Shown here piece after piece: positions 51,156 to 64,000 of a DNA stretch of 64,000 nucleotides (the stretch's first letter is position 1; the number at the start of each line of letters is the position of its first letter). The position numbers and the translations under genes were made by a program. This DNA is from Mytilus trossulus (Eukaryota): contig NC_086384.1 of NCBI RefSeq assembly GCF_036588685.1, positions 10,292,001-10,356,000 of the forward strand. The letters are read 5' to 3'. The notes beneath the pieces are model-generated. The model had not been told where the DNA came from. It ran no database searches and saw only the letters and a program-made list of their open reading frames with translations.

Positions 51156-53962
51156 ATGTGGTCATTTTTTTTATTACAAAACGGATAGTTTTCACTATTA
51201 AACTTATGTACATATATTGTTTACGAGAGAAAATTCCATAACTTTTCCACATCACGAGAAGTTTTTTTAATTGCTTGCTTGAAGCAAGCAATTCGCCGAC
51301 ATATTTAACTTATGCAAGTACCTTAGAGTGACCCTTTTCGTAAAAATCCGGTGATCTTGATAAGTATGGAACTAAACACATTTATTAAAAAATACAGTTG
51401 TTGACATGACACGGGTTAATATGTTCTTCTCATATATAATATGATGGTATGATACAAAACCCCTAACGATAAGGATTGTGCCTGATATTCATATGATACA
51501 ATCATAATCTTTCAATCGGTTTAATTGAAGTCTGGAGCTGGCATGTCAGTTAACTGCTAGTAGTCTGTTGTTATTTATGTGTTATTGTCATTTTTTTTTT
51601 AATTTTCTTTGATTACATCTTCTGACATCAGACTCGGTCTTCTCTTGAACTGAATTTGAAATGTGCGTATTGTTATGCGTTTACTTTTCTGCATTAGCTA
51701 TAGGTATAGGGGAGAGTTGAGATCTCATAATCATATTTAACCCCGCCGCATTTTTGCGACTGTCCAAATTCAGGAGCTTCTGGCCTTTGTTAGTTTTGTA
51801 TTATTGTAATTTGAGTTTCTTGTGTACAATTTGGAAATTAGTATGGCAATCATTATCACTGAACTAGTATATATTTGTTTAGGGGCCAGCAGAAGGACGT
51901 GCGGGAATTTCTTGCTACATTGAAGACCTGTTGGTGACCTTCTGTTGTTGGTTTTTTCTATGATCGGATTGTTGTCTCTTTGACACATTCCCCATTTCCA
52001 TTTCAATTTCATGGATCTGTTACTGAAACAAACTATTATCTGATTGTACAAGTTATACCCGTGCTCTATACCAATGCTTTTGTTCTGATTGTTTACTATA
52101 TATACCTAATTAGATGACAATCGGTAAACTACGGCTTCAAAACATGTCAAACATTTAAATTCGGTACGGTCGTTTGTGCTGTTTAAGCTGTTTTTGTTGT
52201 TTCTTTGTACATCTATTAGATCGGTTTTTTTCTCGTAAACATAGTTTTACATTTGTCATTCCAGTGCCTTTTATAGCTGACTATACGATATGAACTCTGC
52301 TCTGTTTAAAAAGTTGTCCGATGACAAAAGCTTGAAATGTCAGTGTTGTATGTGGAGAGTTGTCTCATTGGCAATCAAATTGTATTTTCTTTTTATACAA
52401 ATGGTTTACGCAGTCGCTACAGCCGTATTAATCCCTATATTTTGCAATCCTTGGTTTTTGTTTCAGTTGAGATATAACTACACAATAAGAAAAACTTGAT
52501 TGTCAAACAAATTAAATTAGTTGAATATTTAGAAGTAAGTTTATTTTCAGACAACCGTCTACAGAATTTTCGAAAAGGTGATGAAATTAAACATAGATAT
52601 TACAAAGATCTTCAACAATAAAAAATTATGCAAATGACAATTAAAATTATGATATTATATAAGACGATCGATAAAATGATCTTTTTATAGGATAACGTTA
52701 ACAAACTTTTGTATGTTAGGTATGTGGCAACAAAAAAAGGGTGCTAGAATATAAACAAAGAAGATTTAGAAAAAAAGAATTAAGGAATTATAGTAAATGT
52801 TAGCCCATCTATTTCTGTTTTTGATGGTACGCGTGTTTGTACTGTTGTATTGATTAGATGAATATCTTGAATAAATAGCGTGCTCCACATTTCAATGTTG
52901 TAGTTCCTATCATAGCCCCTTATTTAATCAGATAAGCTGGTATAACATTTCATTTTAAATGTAAATAATACTTCATAGAATTTTTAAGTATTAAGCAAGC
53001 AATACTTCTATTTTTGTTTGTCGATAGCTGCAGACATAATAGATACATGTATGGTATGCAAAGACTATCCATTATAAAGATGTATTTCAGTAGCGTCTAA
53101 AAGCATTGAAAAGTAATTCATGTCTGTGGTCCAATGAAAAGTGTCTAACGTCTATCAATAAACGAATGATGTATGGGTTCATTCAGACGGAATCGGGAAT
53201 TGTGTCACCACTGACGTCACCAGTCTCAGTGGTAATGAAATGTAACTCGATTTATTTTCCTAAAATGAACTAAATGATAGACTTCAACATAATAAATCAA
53301 TTGTGAAGATAAATGTTTTAAAGCCATGCTCACTCTAATGAATAATTAAATTGCAAATGGAAATGTGAAAATTGATACTTATACTCATTGTAAGTGGTCT
53401 TCGTTCATTATATAATTTACTAAAACACATTGGTGCATGTATATTGTATTTTAGAAAAGACGTGATGAAAGTGTTTACATTTCAGACAAAACACTGGACG
53501 ACCGAAAAACAACAAAAATAAAAACAGCGTACTAGATAAATCAACTCAGTAAAGTAAATTTAGCGACCCAATCGAACACAAGCCGAACCCATTTTGTTAT
53601 CAGAATGTCGATTAGAATGTTATGATAGTGTATCAGTGCATATAATAAAAAAAACTGTCCTTGAATGTAATATATTTTCGATGAATGTAATATGTTTTCT
53701 GTGAAACATAAAAAAAATACAAACTAGCAAAAGAGGAACGAAAGATACCTAAGGGACAGTCAAACTCATAAATCTGCAACTGACGCAGTTACTAATTATA
53801 ACAAAAGTAGCAATGTTGATATGCTAGGAAAATACATTAGTTAAGAAGGTTTCAGCCGGCCTTTCATGTGTTGGATTCAATGCTATACATGAGCCTCATG
53901 AAGAAAAAAGACAGAATATGGAGTACAAATAAAAGGCTGGTTTACCTTTTGACATTTACTTT

Positions 53963-55244
53963 TTAGCTCACCTGGCCCGAAGTGCCAAGTGAGCTTTTCC
54001 CATCACTTTGCGTCCGTCGTCCGTCGTTGTTGACTTTTACAAAAATCTTCTCCTCTGAAACTACTGAGACAAATTAAACCAAACTTGACCACAATAATCA
54101 TCGGGGTATCTAGTTTATAAAATATGTCCAGTAACCCGGCCAACCAACCAAGATGGCAGCCATGGCTAAAATTAGAACATAGGGGGTAAAATGCAGTTTT
54201 TGGCTTATAACTCAAACACCAAAGTATTTAAAACAAATCTGACAGGGGTAAAATTGTTAATCAGGTCAGGATCTATCTGCTCTACAATTTTCAGATGAAC
54301 CGGACAACCCGTTGGTGGGTTGCTGCCCCTAATTTGGTAATTTTAAGGACATTTTGCTGATTTTGGTTATCATCTTGAATATTATAAAAGATATAGATAA
54401 ACTGTTAACAGCAATAATGTTCAGCAAAGTAAGATTTACAAATAAGTCAACAAGACCGAAATGGTAAATTGACCCCTTTAGGAGTTGTTGCCCTTTATAG
54501 TCAATTTTAAACCATTTTTCGTAAATCTTAGTTTTACAAAAATCTTCTCCTCTGAAACTTTTGGGCCAAATTAATCTTAAATTGGCCACAATCATCTTTG
54601 GGGTATTAAGTTTCAGAAATGTGTCCGGTGACCAGGCCATCCAACCAAGATGGCCGCCATGGCTAAAAAGAGAACATAGGGGTAAATTGCAGTTTTCGGC
54701 TTATAACTCCGAAACCAAAGCATTAAGAGCACATTTGACATGGCGTAAAATTGTTAATCAGGTTAAAATATATCTGCTCTGAAATTTTCACATGAATCGG
54801 ACAACCTGTTGTTGGATTGTTGCACCTAAATTGGTAATTTTAGGGAAAATTTGCTTTTTTTTTACAAATTTTTTGGTAATTATCTTGAATATTATTATAG
54901 ATAGAAATAAACTGTAAACAGCAATAATTTTCAGCAGATTAAGATTAACAAATAAGTCTACATGACCGAAATGGTCAATTGACCCCCTAAGGAGTTTTTT
55001 TCCTTTATAGTCAATTTTTAACATTTTTTTATAAATTTGTAAATTTTTAATAACATTTTCCACTGAAACTACTGGGCCAAGTTCAAAATAGATAAAGCTA
55101 ATTTTAAGCAGCAAGAATGTTCAGTAAAGATATACAAACACATCACCATCACCAAAACAAAATTTTGTCATGAAACCATCTGCTTCCTTTGTTTAAATTC
55201 ATAAAGACAAAGGTGAGTGACACAGGCTCTTTAGAGCCTCTAGT
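53963..55244 (+). mobile_element. Full-length Helentron-associated HINE-like element with about 497-bp internal tandem units
   Basis: Sub-TIRs ctcacct / aggtgag; 3' stem-loop aggctct-tt-agagcct then ctagt; units start at about 54035, 54532 and 55040 (partial). Confidence 0.8.
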
Positions 55245-58200
55245 CGGTGTCTTCGTCATCGTCTGACGGAGGATTCTTAACTGTATTATGGTTTCATTTG
55301 GCTTACAACAAAAGTAGGTCAAACCCACCATTCTATAGTCAGGAAAATGACCGTGTTATCTTATATTTCGTTTCTTTGATTTACATTGTCTTTTTTTTGT
55401 TTCACTTGTGATGTGATGAATTGATGTGTTTCCCTCGGTTAAAGTTTGTAATCCGGATTTGTTTTCTTTTACATGTAATTCATTTTTGACTTCCGAACAG
55501 CGGTTTACTACTGTTGCCTTTATCATAGCTGAACTGTATTAGAAGTGTGTTGTTTACATATTAGTTTTGTGTTTAAAGTGTGTACAGATCGTCGTGATTC
55601 TTGTTTTGTTTTGTTGTTTATCTAGGTAGTTCTCGAAAAAAATTATAATGTTCTAATACCTTTATTCTATTACATATAACAACGAATACATAACTAACTA
55701 TTCAGTTTAACTTTAAACAAAGTGGTATATTTCGAGCCTTTTATTTATTATGTCTGTTATATGTTCACGTATCGTTGCAAATAGAACGGAATTTGATGAG
55801 ACTGTCGTAACAGTGAGAGGTTAAGCGCTATGAAACCAGGTTCAATTTACACTTTTCGACATTTGAAAATGCTAGTTCCAAGATTGGAATATGACAGTTG
55901 TCCATTCGCGTAGATGTGTTTTGTCATTTGTTTTTGTCATGTGAGTAGGGACTTTGCGATTGAATTTTCCTCGGATTTTAGTAATTTAGTGATTTTACTT
56001 TTTCTCTGATAATGCTTTTTTCTCATCTAAAGGACGTGACTGGTAGATGTAACCCCACTGATACGCCAAAATAAATCTTAAATCATATGCAGTGGTTGAT
56101 ATGTTATACAAAGTAACCCATTAAAATGTATGTGCTTTTAAACAGGACAAAAAGACATCGATTTGCCGGTACCAAGTCAGGATGGTATATGACAGTTCGT
56201 TTGATGTGTTTGAGTTTTTGGCTTTGCCATTTAATTATGGACTTTCATCTTGAAATTATCTTTGAGATCGGTATGTTTGATATTTTATTTTGTTTGTTAA
56301 TTCATTTAAATAATGATATAATATGTTAAGGAATAAGTTGACCTTTACTTATATAATTACTGTGTATGATTTATGTACTATTGAAAATATAATAAAAATA
56401 TGTGTTTACTCTATTTTATTAACAGTATTTCAAATATTTTGTAGATAATATGGATTTATCATCAGTTGAACCCCATACAGTTTTCCAAAAGGCTGTTCAA
56501 TTTATAATCTAATACAAAACAAACTAACCTACAAAATAATGAGATTAAACTTATCCTGAAATGTCTTGTTGGTTTATATGTTTTCATTGGAAATGATTGC
56601 TAACTAAATATATTACTGTTTCGTTATAGCGTTGCTTTCGGGCTACTCCTTTTGAAATGCAATATAAAGAGAAATACCGATGTATACTAGAAAGTCATAT
56701 TTATACAGTCAAATTCAACAAACGACATGTAACTCTCTCCGGTCACACTATGTTTGTGTCTTAGCCATTTAGTATTTGATGTTACTTTATGATGAGACAT
56801 GTCTAATCAGTGGAAAAGAATCAAATACTCATTTTTTAGTCTTGGGTTTGATCTATGATTTTCCAAACTCGAAGAAACGATCACGAAATCACCGAGGTTT
56901 GATTAAAATTGATTAAAACGTGGTATTACGCTTTCGAGAATGAGAATCATTAAATATATGATTACAGCAAAATTTGACAGTAATGCTTGAAATTACCAGT
57001 ATTAAAAAGGAAAAAATAAATTCAATTCATTCAACAAAAAAGTCGTTTGAGGTGAAATACCACCAAATCATTATACTTCACATCCGGTTGCATATGCATA
57101 GGGTGGAACAAAATCCCGAGAATTTGACAGTTAAAGATACTTATCCTACGCATATTTGTTATAACCATACAATGTATATTATCTTAATAACAACTGTTGA
57201 GAATGTATAGTTGAACGATTAATTGTTTATATTTGTTTCCTCTATACATGACGATTTAAAAAAATGTAATACAAACACCATATGAAACTGTTACATTTCA
57301 CATACACATAAGGAGTTATACATAGAAGGGTCTATTAGATTCTAAGTGTTATACAATTACAACATTACATTAGTGCATATCAAATATGTGAAATTAAGGT
57401 TTATATTTGAAGGTCTGACAAGTTTAAGATGCACTGCAGTGTTTTAATACAATATTAAACAAATATATAGTTGTGTGAACAAAAAAAATGATATTCAAAA
57501 TGAATTATTACCTATCATGTCATGCAGCCATGTTGTTAGAGTGTCCAAATGTTAAAATCGCGCAAGAAAGACACACACATAAAACACAAACAAAAGAAAA
57601 TCATTAATTTGTACACGCAGCACTTAAGGGCAGCTACTATTTTGACAAATTATTATTTTCAACATGTTCAAGAATAACTTTTGTCCACGTTTGTCAAAAA
57701 AAAGCCCCAAAACATTGTTGATGTAATATGAAATTTGATATCATTCAATGCGTATGTTTTGCTTCCTCGTTTTAACACCTTGGTTGTGTATACGTATGGG
57801 TTATAGGCGAGGCCATCTCGATGGTATTTAAGATGACGTCTTGAAAAAAATACTTGAAATGCTAATTCAAATGATCGAGTTCATGCATTTTAATTGTTTT
57901 TGTAAAACGTTTTGTAACGGTTGTACATTTCAGTATGATATAAGCACTAACAATTTATGCACACGTATGAAAAGACAAAACATTAGACCTCATGATTTTT
58001 CGGATGTTATCAATTTTAACCCTACCTCCCCCACCACAACAAATACTCCACATATTTAAAAACAAATGCTCTCCAGTTGACTACTACAGTTTGCTGAAGA
58101 CTAACCCTTATGATTTTGCATCATAACATTGTCACGTTCGTTTCATGCAGATTTACTTTAGTAAAGATTATGAAACAGATTGTATAACAAATAATTGCTG

Positions 58201-58312
58201 GGATATTAAATATTTGACCATACTTCTCATAACAAAAAATACACAATATACCTCATAAATATAATCAGCATATTATAATTTCAAGCAGAAATTAAAATCA
58301 AAAGTGAACGTT

Positions 58313-61300
58313 TTACAGATTTTCAAAATCCATAGCTCTCTCATTATCGTCAGTTAGAATATGATCAGCACCTCCTATTGGCACACCACACTGCGGACAT
58401 TTTATTTTCTCCATTGGCATGCCACATTCTCCTATAGAATAATAATGATCTGAAACGAGATGAATCAATAACTGGCAGATTGACTGCTTTACACTGAATG
58501 TTTTACGCCGTATGTATTGAAATTAATAAAATGTAGTATCTCAAAACACACAAAATGAAACAACCTAATTTCTTTTATCTACGATTTTGGCGCGTTTGAA
58601 AATGCAAATCAATAAACGAAAAGGAAAAATACCCAATAAAATTGTTTATGAAAACTGTCTATATTTTTATTGTAATGCCACTCATTGGGGAAGTAGGAGT
58701 TTTTGAATATCAACATGCTTTCGATAGTTCGCCGTGGGTTCTGAATTGGTACTCATGTGTCTTACGTTTGTCTCCTTTTTTTTTTACATTTAACATAAAG
58801 AACCAAATACAGAAGATATTTGAAGTACAAAATATGATATTAAGTATGAAGTTTCAAAATGAGCCAGTTCTTTAACCTCTTTTCATGTTAAATATATTAT
58901 TCGTTTAATGAAGGGAGTATGAACAGTAAGACCTCTTTTCGGCTGCAAAATATAGCAGTTTTACAAAATTGTGAAAATGCAATCTTTTAGCTATTAGTAT
59001 TTACTTGAAAGTAGAACATTAAATTTGTAGAATGCTTCTGCTACATAAATATGGGCTGTTACAATGCAAATACATCGGGTACTAACATCATTAAGTCATG
59101 CTAAATTACTGAAGTCCTCAATTTTAGCGGTTTAGTTAAATTTTAGACAGTTTCCATCTTAAATGAAAGTGGCAGCATTCATGTTCATTCATAATATTGA
59201 AATGTAAGTTTTATTTGATGATAATACATAACATATATAAAGGTCGAGGATAAACACGGTCAGGTTCATGATTGACAAAAACATCTGGAAAGTGACGTTT
59301 TTTGGAATATTTGATAGATTTTTCATATTTAAGCTTGAATCTAAGCGTTTTATGACTAAATCAGTTAAAAAGTAATTAAATCAACTGAAATAGACACTTG
59401 ATTTTTTAAAAGGTGTCCAAAATCTTTACCGGACCTTCTCCTTTGTAGCGCTTAAATTTGTCATATTTTTCAATAACATTTTGCCAAAACGCTGAAGGAC
59501 CTCCTTCCAAAACTATTGAAAATCTATTATGTATCGACATTATTACCTTAGTATCAATAAGTTACACATATTCACGAAACACCATCAATTAGCGTTTGAT
59601 ACGTGTAGGTTCATGTTATGCGATTTCTATACATATGAAATCTACTGAAATACCTATATGATAGTGCTTTGTTCTTATCACACATGTGCACATTGTATAA
59701 TGGTATGATACTAAACCTCTAACGAGACGGAATGTGTCCATATAACTATTATAATCTCCTTCAATCAGTTTAATTGAGGTCTGGAGCTGGCAAGTCATTA
59801 AATGCTAGTAGTCCTTTGTTTATTTTTGTATCATTGTCATATTTCTTAGATTCTTTTGTGACTTATTCTGTCACCGGACAACTTTTATACTGAGTGTTAC
59901 TATTCGAGTTGATGTGTGTTTGTTTTTCAATATTGGCTAGAGGTATAGGGCAAGGGGGGGGGGGGGTTGAAATCGCAAATAGTATGTGTAGCCCCGCAAT
60001 TTTTTTGGCGCCTGTCCCAAGTCAATAGCCTCAGGTCTTTGACACTCTTGTATGACTTTTAAATTTAGTTCATTCAAATATTTTGAGGTTCAGTATGACG
60101 TCCATTATCACTGAACAAGTACATAGTTTTGTTAAATCGCTAGCTGAATGACGCCTCAAGGTGCAGGATTTTCGCGCTTTGTTGAAAGCATATCGATGGC
60201 TTTCTGCTGTTTTCTGCTCTTTGGTCGGGTTGTTGTCTCATGGACATATTCCCTATTTCAATTCTTAATTATTTTTTTAGAACTTACCATTTTTACATTT
60301 GTACCAATGTCCTGATCCCATAAATTCTTTTTCCATGGCTCGCTTGATCATTTGCTTCTCCTTAAGTGTGAGACCAATCATTTTAGAAGAAACTTCTTCT
60401 GTTTCCTTTCTAATTTTAGATAATTCTTCGTCGTCCATGACTTCAGTAGATTCTAGTTTAAGCAAGTGATTTAGAATATTATCTGGCAGTGCTATTCCTT
60501 CAGCTTTTTTAGAAAGTTCTGTTTTGAATTCATGAATATCTAAGGTCAGCTGTAGTCGTCGTATTTCTAGGTAAAACTCGTTATGTTCTTGTCTTGCATA
60601 TCTGCTTCGCCTTAAAAACACCCATTTTTCTAGTCGATCTAACCATGCTTGTAAAAAACGTCGACTTTCGAAGGAAAATATTTCAATTCTGAGGCTAAAG
60701 ATTTCTTCATAAAAAGTTAATTGATCAACTACCATGTTCAGAATATCGATTGATCTAGTAGATTTAACTTTTTCCTTCAGTTTAGTATATATGTTGGTAG
60801 GCATGCCAGTCTCATATTTGGTGAGTAACTGTATTGTAGCAAAACGCTTTGCATGGAGATCTGTACCTTCTTCAATATTTCGAATGGTTTCTAATACCCC
60901 ACAAATGTTTTCGTTGATACGTTTTATTTCGTTCGAATATCTTTTTGACTTCGATATTTTAGTGCTGCACTTTGGGCATTTCAAAGACTTGATTTCGTCA
61001 CAAGTGTTATCAACAATATTTGAAATATATTGATCTAATCCATGTACTTCCAAGACACATTCGCAGTCTTCTAACCTAATGAACATTGCGTTATCTTCAT
61101 CTTCATTTCCAAAAAATATGTCTGTCAAGTTTTCGCATACTTTACAAACACACTTAGAACATTCACATAAAAGTCCTGAACATTTGTGACCAAGGCCACA
61201 GTCTAGTATTTCATTACAAAGTGTATTACATTTTTTGTCTTTACAAGGTTCTATACATAAATGATCACACTTTAACTTGTTTGGACATTTTGCTTTACAT

Positions 61301-64000
61301 TCCCATTGACAAAGTTCCATACACGGTATACAGTTATCGCCACATCTCCTTTTACATGTATCGCCATGACTACATTGTCGATCACACTTTTGCTTACATG
61401 GTGGACATCTATAACTGCAACTGTCCTTACAAATATGTCCACATACTAAGTTTCTATTGCATTTTTGTTTACAGGGTACATGAAGCCTTCCTTGACTACA
61501 ATCTGAACACGATCCTTGACATTTGTGACCACAAACTAAAAATGATAAGCACGGTAACCTACACGGTGGGTCATATTTGGTGCAACAACCAACCTGTACT
61601 AAATGTCCACAGCGGGCTTCTACTTTAATTAACTCCATGCAGTCATCCTCTGTATTACAAGGCTCTGTACAATGTCTCTGACAACGATGACCACATGATA
61701 TAATAGCTTGGCATTGCTCATCGCATGCCGCCATATCTGGAACTTCAGAACATTTCATACGTTTTTTATGTTGACATTTAGGAATTATCTTTTCCACAAT
61801 TTCACTGCATGTTCCACATAAATAAGGATCATGACAAGATTTCATGCACCTATGTCCCATTGGACATACTCTTTTGTAGCATTGTTTTGCACATTTTATT
61901 TCTGAATGACGAGGATCATCTATATGACACTTCCTTGAGCAGAAGTGGCCACATTCTCTTCTAAAAGAGCAAGATTTTTGACATCCGCCATCTGTGACAA
62001 GATCAAAGTCATTTGACTGAGAAATGTAAGTTGAACTATTGTGATTTTGACATGTTAGCTGCAGACGTGTACCAAAAGAGTTGCTACTGTCCGCATCCTT
62101 CAGAATATCATACCATAGTCTTGATTTCGATTTTAAAAGTTCGAAATTGCCTATTGCATAAAGTCCAATTTTCGCTCTTGATAAAGCAACGCAAACTCTA
62201 TTTGGCTCGGACAAATATCCTATTTTGTTTTCTATGTTACTTCTAACAAGTGACAATAAAATTATTTCATTTTCCTCTCCTTGATAATTATCTACCGCAG
62301 TCACTCGTACGGCAAGCTCACTAGACGATTTGTCAGGCTGACTTGAAACTGTTTTATGAGGATCATTTCTTGAAAGTTCTTCTTCTATAGGTTTTATCAA
62401 GTTGCGGAGAAGACGAACCTGATCTAAGTATGTGGACAGCACAGTAATTTTAGAAGGTGGATATCCTTGCATTCTGATATACCTGTACAACTGACAAATT
62501 AACTGTGCCTCGAAAGTGTTCTTGTGACTTCTTGAAAGTTCTTCGCGCTCCTGGTCTTCAAATACAGAATGCGATAAAAAGAACATGTTATTGTGCATTC
62601 CTTTTACGTTTTCGTAATCAAGCACACATTTGGCGTTTTCCAGAGTATCATAAATATGAGGCACTAAAAGCTTTGATATTGTTGGTCTCATTCGATGTTG
62701 ATTTTCTAATTTTCTAACTGGGAAGTTTCCATTAATAAGTCTTTCAAAAAGGGAAATATTTATTTTGTGTTGCAGTGCAGTCTTGTAATCGTTGTAAGAT
62801 GGGCGCAGTTGTTGGTGGTCGCCAATCATTATGATTTGTTGACACGACGATGTCAAACATGCCACCACGTGATGTTCTGGGATTTGGGCGGCTTCTTCAA
62901 GGAGAACAATGCTTGGAGAAACTCGTTTAAGAATTTCTATATCTCTAGCAGCTCTTGTTGTGGTGCATGCTACAAGTTTTGACCTCTTCAATATGTTGAT
63001 ATCAGCTATTTGTTGAATCTCTTCATAACGTTTTTGTGCTCTTTTGTAGCTGTTTTCACACTCTTGAATTTCCTTGTTTATTGGGATAAGAGCTTGTTGA
63101 ATCCAGTATTTATACAACTGCCACCTTTGAAGATCGTGTATCCACCATACATTGGACACCGACCGTGCTCCTTCAATTGACATAGCTTGTGTACAACAAA
63201 GTTTATCCTGTATTTTCTTAATGAAAATAGATTTTTCTTTCTGATTATATTGATCCCAAAACCATTCTTTGTTCTGGTTTTTTTCTTCGTTAATAAGACT
63301 TGAAGAAACAACCATTTTCAGTTTTTCGAAGTCTAGATGCATTAATATATCTTTTTCAACTGTTTTTATGTCCTCTTCATCGTAATCCCAACTCTGATCA
63401 TCATACCAATTGTCCTCGTCATCAAAATAATCAAACTCGTTTTCTTCATAAATGTTTTCTGAATAGTTTGGTCGTATTGTAACTTTTTGTTGAGTTGCTG
63501 ATTCAATATTTAACCATCTAATCAAAGAAGATTCATTTCTGAGTGCACTGTACTGCGAGTTAGTAATCACTCTAGCTACGTCATGAAGCCAGTCTTGATG
63601 AACTATTCCTGTCTCAATTTCCTCTCGAAGTTTTTTCAGGTTGTCATGCTCTTTAATTCTTATTTTCAAATTTGATCTGGCATTAGATGCCATTACATTC
63701 AGTAAGCCTGAGCTTTCCCTTTTTGTGCGTGATTGAATTTCTCCCCAGCGAGTTATGTATTCTTCCCGCGAGTAACTATATGCTTTGCGTTTAGACGTCA
63801 AGTTATATTCTCTCAAAATTTCGACTTCGGATCTAGATCCGATTCGGACAATATCAGCTGTGTCTGTTGATCGCAGTCGTTTTGATATATCAAGTAGAAA
63901 CTGATCTAATGCATGATTGGTGTAACTGAGTAGAAGCATTGGCCCTTGGTTTTCCTGTTGACGCCATATATGGTCATTTTTTAACAACAGTTCGGCTATT
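58313..64000 (-). CDS. ZNFX1: NFX1-type zinc finger-containing protein 1-like (SF1 Upf1-like helicase, NF-X1 zinc fingers, RZ finger), 5'-partial; exons >64000-60288 and 58449-58313
   Basis: YTNHALDQFL, VRIGSRS, CTTT, LLEEAAQI, MIGDHQQLRP, QHRM, DNYQGEE and NRVCVALSRAK; Cys/His-rich NF-X1 repeats; frame open to the window edge (IAELLLKN); G|gtaagt at 60288 joins ag|AT at 58449 to give WYKCKNDHYYSIGECGMPMEKIKCPQCGVPIGGADH...ENL*. Confidence 0.95.
58911..59442. mobile_element. Decayed TIR element in the last intron of the ZNFX1-like gene
   Basis: Imperfect termini aagggagtatgaacagtaag / tttaccggaccttctcctt. Confidence 0.4.

Noticed and set aside
60734-63482. Plus-strand ORFs opposite ZNFX1
   Set aside because: Short antisense shadows of the long coding exon with no recognisable motifs.

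Overview
AT-rich, repeat-dense eukaryotic genomic DNA with GT-AG introns. The repeat families and gene content suggest a bivalve mollusc, probably mussel-like (inference). Main content: (1) a tandem array of three 3-exon D-2-hydroxyacid dehydrogenase genes (GRHPR/invertebrate D-LDH-like) at 15.7-33.5 kb. The first has an intact 320-aa frame but has lost its catalytic His and Glu and the third Gly of GxGxxG, so it is probably a pseudoenzyme. (2) A segmental duplication (about 36.0-40.4 kb and 43.7-49.6 kb). Each copy holds a 4-exon gene missed by the ORF track, encoding a 148-aa acidic protein that keeps only the last helices (subdomains X-XI) of an IRAK/Pelle-type kinase. (3) The 3' part of a ZNFX1-like SF1 helicase/NF-X1 zinc-finger/RZ-finger gene on the minus strand, running off the right edge. 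(4) A young 355-nt non-LTR retrozyme with two intact minimal type I hammerhead ribozymes, plus two decayed relatives and Penelope-like RT fragments. (5) Many MITEs, a Helitron, Helentron-type HINEs, tiny palindromic insertions and minisatellites. All gene models were spliced by hand from the sequence and are unverified by transcripts.
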